DNA of 64,000 bases, from NCBI RefSeq assembly GCF_000142905.1, contig NW_013657653.1, positions 228,392 to 292,391 of the forward strand, read 5' to 3'. Below the pieces are notes generated by a model. It was not told the origin of the DNA. It was given only the letters and a program-made list of their open reading frames with translations, and made no database searches. This document shows positions 40,148 to 51,171 of this stretch, piece after piece. This DNA is from Thecamonas trahens ATCC 50062. Taxonomy: Eukaryota; Protista; Apusomonadida. Numbering within the stretch: the first letter of the stretch is position 1; each line of letters begins with the position of its first letter. The position numbers and the translations under genes were made by a program.

Positions 40148-41167
40148 ATGGCCTGGACATGGACGTACGCGACGTGCCGTCCCCTCCCTCCGTTCCCACC
40201 GCCTCCCTCGCCCCGCCTAGCCCACTCACCCCCCCCCCCCCCCCCCCCCCTTCCCATGCCCCTGGCCAGACCGACGACGTTGTCGCCGCCAAAGGTTCCA
40301 GTCTCGCCGCCACGGAGGCTGCTGACTCCGCCGCCACCGTGGCGCTCGCCGCCGCCGCGCTCACCGCCGATGCTTCCGTCCGAGATCCGCCACTGGTATG
40401 CCGGAGAAGAGGCGACGCCAAGCCCACCCCACGCCCCGCTTCTTCCGCTCTCGCCGCTCTTCCGCGAGCGTGCCGAGGAGCTGGAAATGTCGCCGTTGCG
40501 TGACCAGCCGAGGCCGGCGTCTCCGCTGTCGTGGCTGGCCTCGCCCGGAGCGGCGATGCGACCCAAGCGCACCTCTCGTGCAACCGGCCCGCGGCTCTCG
40601 GATGCAGTGCCGCTGCCTGCTGCGCTTTCAGCATCAGGACTGGCGCCTTCAGCGTCGGCTGATGGGTGCGCTGACTCCCGCGCTGATGCGGGCGCTGGCG
40701 CCGATCTGGTCTCCGACGGCTCGCGAACGTATGTGCTCGGTGACGGAACTGGCGAGGCCGTGCTGGAGCGGCTTGCGCGACGCTCGTTTGCCCCCCAGCC
40801 GCACGTGACAGATCCGCGGTATAGCGAGCGCAACTCGCTGGCACAGCAGCTCGCGTCGAGGGCGCCACCGCCGCCGGATGCACAGCTCGCTGCGCACCTC
40901 GCGCAGCGGCACCGGTGCGGCTCGTACAACTGGATCCTCCCGACACCACCACGCATTCCCACGCCTACCCTACCGGAGCGCTCGACGGCCACACCAGTGT
41001 ACTCGGGACGAGCAGCAGTCATTGTCCCGCCGCGGCCTCCGCCGTCGCGCCGGCTCCCTGGCCAGCCGCCGATCTCGCTCTTGCCACCGGTACCACCTAC
41101 CCGCCACCGCCCACAACCACCGCCATGGCGGGTCCTCGCATCTGCGCCGCATCATCCGTACACATGA
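40148..41167 (+). CDS. Hypothetical proline-rich protein; probable intron 40165..40269
   Basis: ATG at 40148; GTACGC...CTCAC...CAG intron keeps frame; no domain recognised. Confidence 0.45.
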   Translation: MAWTWTYATCRPLPPFPPPPSPRLAHSPPPPPPPLPMPLARPTTLSPPKVPVSPPRRLLTPPPPWRSPPPRSPPMLPSEIRHWYAGEEATPSPPHAPLLPLSPLFRERAEELEMSPLRDQPRPASPLSWLASPGAAMRPKRTSRATGPRLSDAVPLPAALSASGLAPSASADGCADSRADAGAGADLVSDGSRTYVLGDGTGEAVLERLARRSFAPQPHVTDPRYSERNSLAQQLASRAPPPPDAQLAAHLAQRHRCGSYNWILPTPPRIPTPTLPERSTATPVYSGRAAVIVPPRPPPSRRLPGQPPISLLPPVPPTRHRPQPPPWRVLASAPHHPYT

Positions 41168-41286
41168 CACCACCACAGCGCCGCCGACTGCCAGGCACTG
41201 TGGCCCGAATCACCCAACTCCCGACTGACATCCATCTGTCACTCGACTTTGAAGCGACGGCACACTCGTCACCGATAGCCACCACC

Positions 41287-42599
41287 ATGGCTGCAGCCTC
41301 TGAGGGCTCGGACCTTCTCCGGACCCGCCTCAGCGACATTGTACACATGCTCATTGCAGGTACGGATACTCGTGCCTCCTGCTCTATCCCTCTGTTCATC
41401 CCCCCCCCCCCCCCCCCCCCCCCCTTCCCATGCCGTCTCCGTCGGGCATGGAACACCTGCCCACAACCGGCCGGCCCCACCCATGCTTCCCTTGCTCTCA
41501 CCATGCACCAACCTCCTCCTTCCGACGGACAGAGTTTCCCTACCGCAACGTGTTGCGGACATACACGGTGCCTACCGAGAAGCAGCCTGTGTGGCTCTCA
41601 ACAGCATCGAGCTCGGCACAGCAGGCCGAGGTGGAGACCCATCTGAGGAACGTGGCTCTTGCTCGACTCGAAGCTGTCGTCCTTGCTACGCTCGAGGGCA
41701 CCGAGTGGGTGGCGGTCGATGGCGAGGGCGTGACCGGTGGACGACGCGCGAGGCAATCGGCTGATGGTGATGGCGATGACGATGTCGTGGTTGTGGAGCG
41801 AGCGGGAGAGATGGATGAGGCGACGTCGGACGCTGTGGTGGGCGCGGCGTCGCCGGCTGTGCCGCGGCTAGCGCCGGGCTCCCGATGGGTGCTAGAAGAT
41901 GTGGCCGAACTGGTCGCCGAGTCCAAGTTTGTTCGTGGCAGCCTTGCGGCGGCGGTAACGGTCATGACCGGCGTGCTGCCAGGCCTCATTGTGGCGTCGT
42001 GCTCTTCCAAGGCCGACGTGGCGGCGGTGAGCGTGACGTCTGTGGCGGCGCTCGGCCTTTACCTCGGCGGGCTGGTGACCGGACCAGTGGCACTCGGCTC
42101 GACTGCGGCGGTCGCGGCATATCGCAGCCTCACGTGGTCGCAGCGCGTGGTGGCGCAGGCCAAGGCCAGTGTCGAGGCACAGCTTGCAGCATCGCTGGCC
42201 AACCGGCGCGCCATTGCCGACGCCTTTGCCGCTGCCTTTCTCGACGAGCTCCGCAGCGACCCAGATCGCTTCAACCGCCTGGCACTGCTCATCGTCAAGC
42301 GACAGAAGCGCCTCGCAGACGAGCGGGCCGCCGCCGCCGCCATGCCTGCGCTCTCCGACTCGTGGCTCGTTGTCGATCACGACGAGGCCGAGCCCGCGGC
42401 AGCAACCGCGACCACGCTCTCTGGACACGCGGTGCCTCCACAGTCGCCGTCGGATGCCATTCCGCTCGATGCTGTTCTCAGTGGCGGCCAGGCGTCGGCG
42501 CCAATGGCAGTCTCGATCTCGGTGCTGGAGCACGCAGACCGGCTTGCGCCCAACGTACGCCAGCCAGTGCCGGAGCGTGTGCCGGACCGAGCGCAGTAG
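41287..42599 (+). CDS. Hypothetical membrane protein; intron 41360..41532
   Basis: Exon 1 MAAASEGSDLL...MLIA joins in phase to EFPYRNVLRTY; central hydrophobic segments. Confidence 0.65.
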
Positions 42600-42608
42600 T
42601 TGGCAGTG

Positions 42609-45600
42609 TCACGCGTCCTTGGCCGACCGCGCCTGCAGCTCCTTGGCAGCCCGTGCATGCTTGCGTGCCAGCCGGTCGTGGACCGACGCATGCTCTTTGT
42701 GCCGGCCCGCGATCGCGCGCTGCTGCTCGGCCTTGTGCTCGTGGACCTTGATCATGTCGGCCGACGGGAGTGGGAGGCCGGAGAGCGCCCCACCTGACAC
42801 CTCATCATCATCGTCATATCCGTCGCCGTCATCGTCATCGTCCGAGCCCGAGTCAAGGGTACCAGCGGCGGCGACATCGAGCCCGACGTCGTCGAGCTCG
42901 GCATGCTCGCGCGCTGGGGTGTCGGCCCGCGGCGCCTCGACCGTGTGGCGCCACTTTCGCTCAAACTGGCGAGTCCACCGTTTGTCGCCACCAAGGACCA
43001 ACAGCGTCCCCGAGTCGGTGCTGGAGTGAGAGTCCGAGTCGAGGCGTGAGGTGGCGTCGCTCGACGCGAGCGCTGACGTCGACGCGGCTGTGTCGGCGGT
43101 GGCGGTCGAGTCGGCGGTGGCGGTTGTCGCTGACGCTGACGACGACGAGCCGATCATCTCGACAACCTCGTGGGTAGTAGTGGTCACTACCCGCTCACTG
43201 GCCAGTGGCCGACCCGGTGCTGCGCTCGTCGCCCCGCCGCCAGCTTTGCCGCGCTCGCGGCGGATAAACCAGACGAGCAAGACGACGAGAAGGCAGAGAA
43301 GGAGTGCGCAGAGGCCGAGCAGTGAGAGAAGAAGAATGCCTCCCAGCGAGTCGAGCGAGAGGGCATCGCCTGACGACGACGAGGCAGCCGCCAGCGCGGC
43401 CGGCTCTGGCGGCGGCGGCGGCGGATTGGCGGTGCTCGGCGGCGGCGGCGATGGTGGCGGCGAGGCCACACACCCGCGGCCGCTCGCGTCGCACCGCCCT
43501 TCGCAATCGAGCACGTCACTTGGCGACGGGCAGGCTGCCACAACGGTGGGTAGAGTGATAGCAAGGCCCGAGACGGCATCAATGTACTCGAGGCGGGCCG
43601 AGCCGGCGAGCGTGACCTGAAGCACGACAGGGCCGAGTGCAGATGCTGTCGCGACAAAAACGGACGATGTCGTCGGTGACGACGAGTTAAACTCGAGCAG
43701 CGCCGGAGCAAAGTCAAAGCTTCCGGCCGAGGTCGGGTGCATCGCGAGCTGGAGCTGAAGCGTGGCGCCGGGCGATGGTAGCGCGGAAAGAGCGAGAGCG
43801 ATTGGGAGGACCGTGCCGGTCTGGACAAAGGCCGGAAGAGCGGCGCCGACGAGCCCAGTTACTGACTTGGAATCGACGATGGTGGTGAGAAAGGTGCGCG
43901 GGGCAGAGGGCGTGATGTCGTAGAGCGATGCACTGGCCCCCGAAGCGGTAAAGGCGATGGTGACCTGGCCGAGCGCCGCATCAGCCGGCGCCGAGACGCT
44001 AAAGAATAGCTGAGAGGCGAGCGGCGTGCTTGCCGATAGCACGTACGGCGCGCCATGAAAGACCAGCGCGGCTCCCGAGACCACATGCGGCGTGAGTGTG
44101 AGCGTCTCACCGCAAATGAGCGTGCGCTCGAGGGCGAGTGTGAGTGGGCCCGAGTCGGCGCCGCGGGTGAGCGTGTCGGGCGCTGACGCCTGCAGCACTG
44201 CGGCGCGGTACGCCGGCGCGCGCAGGATGATGCTGAGGCTGTCGGTGGTGCGGCCACCGGCAGCATCATCCAGCGCGAGGTGGAGAACGTCGACGGTGTC
44301 GCCGGATGCTGGCGAGAGGTACGGCGAGTAGTCAAACGAGGCGAGGGCGTCGGCAATGAGCGCGGGGGCAGCTTCGATGACCATGGCCGAGTCAGCGACA
44401 CCATCGCCGGCCACAAAGGTCAACGGCAAAGATCGGCTTGCGGGTGAGAGCGTAAGTAGGCCCGACGATGACCAGAGCTCAGCGCGGAGAGTGGGCGCGT
44501 CAACGTCGGAAATGCCGTCGGCGCCGAGCGGCAGCGTAGAGCCGATAGCGACGGTGCGGGTAGCGGCAGGCGCGAGTGAGGCGTTGAACCGTCCAGCAGG
44601 CGGGTCGTTGACGTTGACAACAACTATATGGGCAGTGGCAAAGCCCGGCGAGAGCGCATCAGCGTCGGCGACGGCAAAAGTAAAGCTGTCGAGTTCGCCG
44701 CCGACATCGACGTACGGGAGGTAGACGACGGTGAGGGCGGAAAGGCGCACAGGCAGCATGCTGGGCGTGAGGGCGGTGGCGAGGGCCAAGCTCGCCGCAC
44801 TTGGGTCGCTGGTGTTGTACAGCGTGCCGTAGGCAGGGAGTGAGAGAACACGTCCGGTGTGGGCACCTGCGCTCGGCTCGTACATGTCCCACACGGCGAG
44901 CTCAATGGCGATGGCCGACTCTTCCACAACCGAGACTGAAACGTCGAGTGGGACGGGCAGGACGTTGTATGGGCCGGCGGCGATGTTCGCGGCGCGCTGA
45001 CTCGCTGTGAGCGGCCGGGTGTAGATGGCGAGCAGGTAGAGGGTACCCGACCAAAAGTAGAGGCCGTCGCGACGGGCGCCGAGAGCAAAGGCACGGTTGT
45101 CACGGTAGGTAGCCCAGGCGATGTCGTAGTTGCCGCCGACGAGGGTAGCTGCCGAACAGTCGACGGCCGACCCGTTGATGTAAAGCTCGAGGGCAGCACC
45201 TAGAGCCGAGGCCGGGTGCGGGACCGAGGCGAGTACGTGAGTGAGAGAACCAGCGACGAGAGCACCAGGCGGCGAGGTGCATGTGATGCAGGTCTGCGAG
45301 TTGAGAGTCGAGGCGCGGTCAACGACCGAGAACGAGACGGCCGAGCCGATCTGGCGGAGCTCGAGGGCGCGATGGGCTTGGGATCGGACGGCGCACGAGT
45401 TGTCGACGGCACCATCGGGGATTGGCGCGCATGCGTCGACAAAGACCGCGTCGGTGGAGCCGTCGGTGGAAGCTGGGCGGAGCCACAGTTCAACGGACCA
45501 GCCCGAGGCCGGAGCAAAGAGGGCGCCGGCCGAGACGGCATCGTCTGCGAGGAACGGTGCGCCAGGACACGACGACGATGCAGCACATGGCGGCGGGGCG

Positions 45601-45836
45601 ATAATCATGCCGGCAGGCTCGGCCGGAGAGGCTGAGCTCGATAGCGGCGGCGGAACCGATGCCGAGGCGGGAACGGCACCTACGGCCGAGGCGAGGACGC
45701 CTCCGGTCTGCGGAGCGAGGCGGAACTCGCAGGCGCGGTCGGCGGCAGAGCGGTGAGCGAGCGCAGGTGAGGCCGGAGAGGCCAATGCGCAGAAGATAGC
45801 GAGAGTAGCAAGCACGAGTACGAGTATGGGTGGCAT
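42609..45836 (-). CDS. Type I membrane protein with LamG-like (concanavalin A-like) domain and Big_9/cadherin-like repeats
   Basis: Signal MPPILVLVLATLAIFCALA; WSVELWLRP...THVLASV...LYINGS...GTLYLLAIYTRPLT; VVEES...LPAYGTLY...DSFTFAVAD...VVNVNDPP; Pro linker; TM followed by RRER. Confidence 0.82.
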   Translation of the reverse strand: MPPILVLVLATLAIFCALASPASPALAHRSAADRACEFRLAPQTGGVLASAVGAVPASASVPPPLSSSASPAEPAGMIIAPPPCAASSSCPGAPFLADDAVSAGALFAPASGWSVELWLRPASTDGSTDAVFVDACAPIPDGAVDNSCAVRSQAHRALELRQIGSAVSFSVVDRASTLNSQTCITCTSPPGALVAGSLTHVLASVPHPASALGAALELYINGSAVDCSAATLVGGNYDIAWATYRDNRAFALGARRDGLYFWSGTLYLLAIYTRPLTASQRAANIAAGPYNVLPVPLDVSVSVVEESAIAIELAVWDMYEPSAGAHTGRVLSLPAYGTLYNTSDPSAASLALATALTPSMLPVRLSALTVVYLPYVDVGGELDSFTFAVADADALSPGFATAHIVVVNVNDPPAGRFNASLAPAATRTVAIGSTLPLGADGISDVDAPTLRAELWSSSGLLTLSPASRSLPLTFVAGDGVADSAMVIEAAPALIADALASFDYSPYLSPASGDTVDVLHLALDDAAGGRTTDSLSIILRAPAYRAAVLQASAPDTLTRGADSGPLTLALERTLICGETLTLTPHVVSGAALVFHGAPYVLSASTPLASQLFFSVSAPADAALGQVTIAFTASGASASLYDITPSAPRTFLTTIVDSKSVTGLVGAALPAFVQTGTVLPIALALSALPSPGATLQLQLAMHPTSAGSFDFAPALLEFNSSSPTTSSVFVATASALGPVVLQVTLAGSARLEYIDAVSGLAITLPTVVAACPSPSDVLDCEGRCDASGRGCVASPPPSPPPPSTANPPPPPPEPAALAAASSSSGDALSLDSLGGILLLSLLGLCALLLCLLVVLLVWFIRRERGKAGGGATSAAPGRPLASERVVTTTTHEVVEMIGSSSSASATTATADSTATADTAASTSALASSDATSRLDSDSHSSTDSGTLLVLGGDKRWTRQFERKWRHTVEAPRADTPAREHAELDDVGLDVAAAGTLDSGSDDDDDGDGYDDDDEVSGGALSGLPLPSADMIKVHEHKAEQQRAIAGRHKEHASVHDRLARKHARAAKELQARSAKDA

Positions 45837-46035
45837 GGGTGGGTGTGGAGGGGTGGGTGTGGAGGGGTGGTGGTGGTGGTGGGTGGGGTGGGGGGGGGGG
45901 AAGGGAGGAGGGGGGAGGGCGAGGGCGAGTTGGCGCCACACGGCGGCACCGGAGGCGGTTCTCGGCAGGTGGCCGGATGAATTTGAAATGGTCTGGATGA
46001 TTTGATTTGATTTGATTTGAATGATCTGGTTGATC

Positions 46036-46073
46036 TGTGCGTGCGTGCGTGCGTGTGTGTGTGTGTGTGTGTG

Positions 46074-46116
<43 letters not shown>

Positions 46117-46123
46117 GTGTGTG

Positions 46124-46158
<35 letters not shown>

Positions 46159-46160
46159 GT
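46036..46160. repeat. Long (GT)n microsatellite
   Basis: About 120 bp of interrupted TG repeat. Confidence 0.95.
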
Positions 46161-46761
46161 GGATGTGGATGTGCTCGGTATTGCATGGGCTACGGCGATG
46201 AGCGAGATGTCCCCCCTTTTCCCCCGAATGCTGGCCGATGGTGGCGTAATAAACATGGTGATGAGGACCGATCTGGGTGGAAGCGATGGTGATCGGGTTG
46301 GGTGGTGGTAGTATGGTGGCGTGGCGATCTCGTTAGGGCCAAAGACCTGGCCGATGGCGTCATGGCAGCGTCACTTCTAGCCGCCTCACTATGGTTGAGA
46401 GAGGAGCTGAACAAAGGGGCTGGCAGGATAGCGATTGTACACGTCGGCACTGGACTCGCGTTTGAAATAGCACCAGACCATGTCGTCGCTCGGAACCAAG
46501 CCGTGGGTATGTGGCGGTGTGAGGGGAGTTGCTTCCTTCCACGGGTCAGGCGCGGCGGCGTGTGTGTGGGGGGCGGGGGGAGGGGGGGAGGGGGGAGGAC
46601 TCTGGATGGGGAGATGGGCCGGCGATGGGCTGGTTGCCGGCTGGGCCGGTAGGGGCACGGCGGGGAAGGGGCGTGTGGCGGGGATTACACACAAGCATGC
46701 GGGTATAGTGACCGGCTGAGGAATTTACGGACACGGTGGGGCTGTTGTGCGGGAGAAGGTG

Positions 46762-48330
46762 ATGTTTGCGGCCGGTGTGGGGATGGGTTCGGCTGTGGCG
46801 GTGCTGGGCGCTGTGGCGTATGCGACTACGGTGGGGGTGCGTCGCCGCGGACGGGTGCGGTTTAGGGATGATGGCGAGGAGAAGGACGAGGCGCCGCGTG
46901 TGGGCGAGGTGTTGCTGGGAGCGGGGGAGGGAGGCGAGGTTGCAACACCGCCGGAGATGGAGCAGATCATTGTGAACGAGGTCCGACCCAAGACGCCACG
47001 GGTGCTGGACTCGCCGACAACGGGACGGCTGCATGTGCTGGAGCCGCAGGCTGCGCTTGAGGAGCTTGCGAACGTGCCGACCAAGGCGCCACCGGTGCAT
47101 CGGGTTGTGCTGACGGGCGGGCCGGGCGGCGGCAAGACGTCTTCGCTGAAGCGGCTGACGGAGCACTTTACGGCGCTCGGCTTTCGTGTGTACTCCGTGC
47201 CCGAGGTTGCGACGCTGCTGTGGTCTGGCGGAGTCAAGGTCTCCGACCTCAACTCTGACCTCGCGGTGTACCAGTTCCAGGACACGCTGCTGAAGATGAT
47301 CATTGCGCTGGAGGACGGATACTACTCGCTGGCTGTGGCGTCTGGGCAAAAGTCGATCATCTTTTGCGACCGTGGGGCGATGGACGCGCGGGCGTACATG
47401 TCTGCCTCGCTGTGGCAGGCGATGATGGACGAGAACAACTGGTCGAATGTGGCGATCCGCGACCGGTACACAGTGGTGGTTCATCTGGTGACTGCGGCGA
47501 TCGGGGCAGAGGAGCACTACGAGTACGGGCCGGGCACGCCGCGGCAGGAGCCGCCCGAGGTTGCGCGCGAGCTTGACCGCAAGATCCGTATGGCGTGGCT
47601 CGGGCACCCGTACCTGGTGGTTGTGGAGAACTCGTCGAAGCAGTTTGAGCGCAAGCTCAAGCGTGTGGTGGACGTGGTGGCGAAGCGTGTGGCCGGCAAG
47701 ATCGAGTCCAAGTACCACAAGCGCAAGTTCCTGCTCTCGTTCTCGCCGCCCGAGTCGATCTTTTACCAGCGTGGTATTCCGTTTGAGGACTTTCAGGTCC
47801 ACCAGCACTACCTGGTGTCGGACGGGCCCGAGGTGCAGGCCATCCGCAAGCGCGGGCAGTACGGCTCGTACACGTACACGCACATCATCAAGGAGAACAA
47901 CGTCGAGACACGGTACACGCTCACTGGGCGTCAGTACGTGAGCATGCTCGCGCGGCGCGACCCGTCGCGGGTCCCGATCCACCAGACCCGGCGCTACTTT
48001 ATGTGGAAAGACCGCATGTTCCATGTTGACTGCTTCCGCTCGCCCAAGGCCATCCGCTCGGTCATCTTCCTCCAGACCTACGTCTCGGACGCCGAGCCCG
48101 AGTCGAGCGTCCCGGTGCCCGAGTGGATCGAGGACGCGCGCGAGGTGACCGGCGATCCGCGGTACACCATGTACCACTACTCGATCGCCGCCCACGGCAT
48201 CGCTGACATCATCAACTCGCTTGACCTCCCGCCGAACCGCCACATGCCCGAAGACTTTGACTTTGACTACGATGGCGAGGACGACGAGCTCGACTCGGCC
48301 GCCGCGCTCCGGGTCCAGCTCAACCAATGA
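46762..48330 (+). CDS. TTD14-like protein (NadR/Ttd14 AAA_28 P-loop + CYTH-like domain); an upstream exon is possible
   Basis: RVVLTGGPGGGKTS, VPEVATLL, CDRGAMDARAY, VVHLVTAAIGAE, WLGHPY, RKFLL, HQHYL, IRKRG and YTMY. Confidence 0.87.
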   Translation: MFAAGVGMGSAVAVLGAVAYATTVGVRRRGRVRFRDDGEEKDEAPRVGEVLLGAGEGGEVATPPEMEQIIVNEVRPKTPRVLDSPTTGRLHVLEPQAALEELANVPTKAPPVHRVVLTGGPGGGKTSSLKRLTEHFTALGFRVYSVPEVATLLWSGGVKVSDLNSDLAVYQFQDTLLKMIIALEDGYYSLAVASGQKSIIFCDRGAMDARAYMSASLWQAMMDENNWSNVAIRDRYTVVVHLVTAAIGAEEHYEYGPGTPRQEPPEVARELDRKIRMAWLGHPYLVVVENSSKQFERKLKRVVDVVAKRVAGKIESKYHKRKFLLSFSPPESIFYQRGIPFEDFQVHQHYLVSDGPEVQAIRKRGQYGSYTYTHIIKENNVETRYTLTGRQYVSMLARRDPSRVPIHQTRRYFMWKDRMFHVDCFRSPKAIRSVIFLQTYVSDAEPESSVPVPEWIEDAREVTGDPRYTMYHYSIAAHGIADIINSLDLPPNRHMPEDFDFDYDGEDDELDSAAALRVQLNQ

Positions 48331-48368
48331 AGAGCTGACATCCCACACCCACCGCCGCTTCCGAGTCT

Positions 48369-48623
48369 CTACCCCTGCTGGCTTGCATCAGCCGCCGGTT
48401 GTCCACGGACCTGCCGCCGCTCGGTTACCGCTGCCGCGACACGGGCGTTGATGGTGGCCTGCGGAACGGCCGACCCGGCGATGGACCTCTTGTTCGACTT
48501 GGCCAGCTGCAGCCCGAGCGGGATGGCAGCAAAGAGGGCAACGAGCGAGACACCGACGCCTGCCTGCATGCGGTGTTCAAAGGCAGCGCCGACCCATGTT
48601 GTGCGCGAGAGTTGTGCGCCCAT
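48369..48623 (-). CDS. Possible small single-TM protein (84 aa)
   Basis: ATG at 48623; one hydrophobic segment VGVSLVALFAAIPLGL; fills the intergenic space. Confidence 0.4.
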   Translation of the reverse strand: MGAQLSRTTWVGAAFEHRMQAGVGVSLVALFAAIPLGLQLAKSNKRSIAGSAVPQATINARVAAAVTERRQVRGQPAADASQQG

Positions 48624-48786
48624 AGGACGATGAGATGTGTGTGTTGCCATGTCCAATGAAGCGCATGGCTGGCGGTTCATGAGCTGCCGGCGGTTGTTCC
48701 CAACAATGCGACTTGGCGGGAGGGGAGGGGCGGAGAGGGGAAAGCAGGGCACACCTCACGCGTTGCTGCGGGTGGGGGAGGAAGGA

Positions 48787-50220
48787 ATGGACGGGTCATA
48801 CCTGCGGTCGCTTCCAGAGTGGGCAGATGATGACGATGAGATGGACTTTTATTACGCCTCGTTCCCGGCCTCGCGGGAGGTCAAGCCGGTCTCGTGGGAC
48901 GCCAAGATGGCGTTCTGGACGAGAGTCATCGAAGGCTCGGCTGCCACCGCCCGCCTGGTTGCGCTCCGCCCATGCGAACTGGCTGTTGCTGTCGAGCGGG
49001 ACGGGGTGCCGCCAGCGGGCCTAGGCATTGTCTTTGACTCTCTGGTGCGGACTGGGGCGTGGCTGAAGGCTGCCGAGGTTGCGCCGCCGCGGGCGGTGGG
49101 TGGTGGTGGCGGCGTCGGCTCGCCGCCGCGCAGACTGGGCGGGTCCACCGCGGCGGGCTCGACGCTCTCGTGGCTGGTCGACACTTTTGTGGCGTCGCCG
49201 ATCAAGTGGGCGGCCGGGGTCTCGTCGCCGCGGCCGGGCGCGGCGGCGGTTGGCGCGGCCTCGTCGCTGCTCTCGTCGGACGATGAGTACGTGGTAGTGG
49301 CGTTGGCGCGCAAAGCGGTCGACGCCCTGCTCGATGCACACTACGACGCCGGACTTGTGGACGAGCTGACGCGCGTAGAAGACGCCGCGGCGGTGCTGGG
49401 CATGGACGCACGGCAGCTGAGCCTAGCGCTCGGTTGTGTGGCGCAGAGTGGCGAGGGTCAAAGCGCCTTTGTGCGGTTTGCACTGCCGAGTGGCACGGCT
49501 TGCATCAAGTTTGCGCCGTCGCGCGAGGCTTCGAGCCGCGTCGAGGCCACTGAGGCCGACGCCGGCACGTTGCAGCTCCGGGCGATGGCGGGTGCGTTGC
49601 GGGCGCAGTACGACACACTCTCGGCGCGCGTCGAGGCGCTCACCGGCGAGATCAAGGCGATGCTGGGCACCGGGGCGCGCGAGCGGGCCAAGATCATGCT
49701 CCGCCGCAAAAAGGTGGCGGAGAAGCTGGCAACGTCGCGGCTGGCGGCGTGGGACAAGGTCTCGGCCATTCTTGACTCGATGGACGACGCCAGGACGTCG
49801 GCCGAACTGATGGAGGCTTACAAGGTCGGGACTCGGGCGCTGGCCGCGCTCTCGCCGGACGTAGACGACGTTCACGAGACGCTCGGTGAGCTCGAGGATG
49901 CGCTTGCCAACCAGGCCGAGATCGATGCGGCTATTGCCGACTCGAATGCCAGCGTCGCCGCCGCCGGTGTCGAGGTCTCGGACGACGAGCTGGCCGCCGA
50001 GCTCGAGGCGCTCATTTTGGGCGAGGTGGAGCCCGACGCCGCGGCACAGTCGCAGGTGCAAGTTCAGCCACAGTCGATGGACTCGCCGCAATTGCCGGAC
50101 ATGCCGGCCGTGCCGTCGACGCCGCTTCCTGCGGCCGCGACTGCAGCTGATGCTGACGCGGATGCCGATGCGGATGCTGCTGCCGATGCCGAGCTGGCGC
50201 GAATGCTTGCGCTGGCGTAG
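48787..50220 (+). CDS. CHMP7: CHMP7 (winged-helix + Snf7 ESCRT-III hybrid)
   Basis: W.DDDEMDFYYASF..SREVKPVSWDAKMAFW, LSWLVDTFVASPIKW; Snf7 part RAKIMLRRKK...LMEAYKVG...DDELAAELEAL. Confidence 0.88.
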   Translation: MDGSYLRSLPEWADDDDEMDFYYASFPASREVKPVSWDAKMAFWTRVIEGSAATARLVALRPCELAVAVERDGVPPAGLGIVFDSLVRTGAWLKAAEVAPPRAVGGGGGVGSPPRRLGGSTAAGSTLSWLVDTFVASPIKWAAGVSSPRPGAAAVGAASSLLSSDDEYVVVALARKAVDALLDAHYDAGLVDELTRVEDAAAVLGMDARQLSLALGCVAQSGEGQSAFVRFALPSGTACIKFAPSREASSRVEATEADAGTLQLRAMAGALRAQYDTLSARVEALTGEIKAMLGTGARERAKIMLRRKKVAEKLATSRLAAWDKVSAILDSMDDARTSAELMEAYKVGTRALAALSPDVDDVHETLGELEDALANQAEIDAAIADSNASVAAAGVEVSDDELAAELEALILGEVEPDAAAQSQVQVQPQSMDSPQLPDMPAVPSTPLPAAATAADADADADADAAADAELARMLALA

Positions 50221-50263
50221 ACAATGAATGAGGAAGTGTGGTGGTGTTACTGGCGCAACGCGG

Positions 50264-50957
50264 TTATGCGGCCTTGCGGCGGGCCTTGCGGGCGCGGTCG
50301 ATGTTGCGGGTGAGCGCCGAGACGACAGCATTCTTGGATGACTGCTCGTGGAAGTCTGCCGCGAGCTTGACAAGCGACTTGTTTGCCTTGAGGGCCTTGA
50401 CAAACAAGCGCTCGGCCTTGTTGCCCATGGGCGTGTTCTGGTTCTCGAGGCGGAGGATGCTGAGGCCTGTATTCTCTTTGAGCGCCTTGGCGAGGGCAAC
50501 CATGCCCTTGGGCCCGATGCGGTTGGTCTCGAGGTTGAGCTCGGTGAGCGTGGCGTTTCGCTTGAGCACCTGCCCGAACATCTGCCCGCCAAGGGTGTCC
50601 ATGTTGCAGTTGCAGAGCCAGACCTCTGTCACCACCGTGTTCTCCATCAGCGCCTCGGCCAGGTCGATCATCTGCAGCGGCTCGGCATCGTCGAGGTTGT
50701 TGAGGTTGACCGAGGTGGTCTCTGGGTCGTTGGCCGCCACCTGCCGCCGCCCCACCGGCGCCCCACCATCATCAGATGAGTCTCCAGCTACCTGTACCCC
50801 CCTTTCCTTCTTTCCTTCTTTCCTCACCTTGAGCACATACCTTTGCCAGCACGTCGGCAAAGTCGTCCTGTGTCGGGTTGCCCGTCACCACCGTCCCGTC
50901 AGCATTGCGGACAAGGGTGGAGCAGTCGACAAAGACCTCGTCGGGAAGTGTGGCCAT
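50264..50957 (-). CDS. Tropomodulin-like protein (LRR cap domain only); intron 50741..50840
   Basis: Spliced NPTQDDFADVLAK|VAANDPETTSVNLNN; LNLETNRI; LRLENQ..PMGNKAE; LTRNIDRARKAR. Confidence 0.85.
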
Positions 50958-51171
50958 GGCTACCCCCCTGTTCTATACTCGCCTCGATGTCTTTGCCCGA
51001 GACTGGTTGAAGAGGTGGAGCCGAGTGTGTAGTTGTGACTCAGCAGGTGCCTGTACGCCCCCCGTCCTGCCCTATCCTGGCCATGAATGCCTTCACCCGA
51101 AACCGGTTGCCCGTCGCACCCGCCCGCCACCACCAGCCCCACCCCCACCACTCTACCCCTGGCACCCACCC

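Noticed and set aside
46302-46720. Upstream coding exon for the TTD14-like gene (donor GTATGT at 46507)
   Set aside because: The only frame-compatible acceptor I found is a non-standard GAG at 46720; left unresolved.
46546-48348. Long antisense/alternative-frame ORFs (e.g. 46546..48348, 19287..20888, 29520..30779, 49423..50592)
   Set aside because: Expected shadows of high-GC3 genes; no domains; they mirror confident CDSs.
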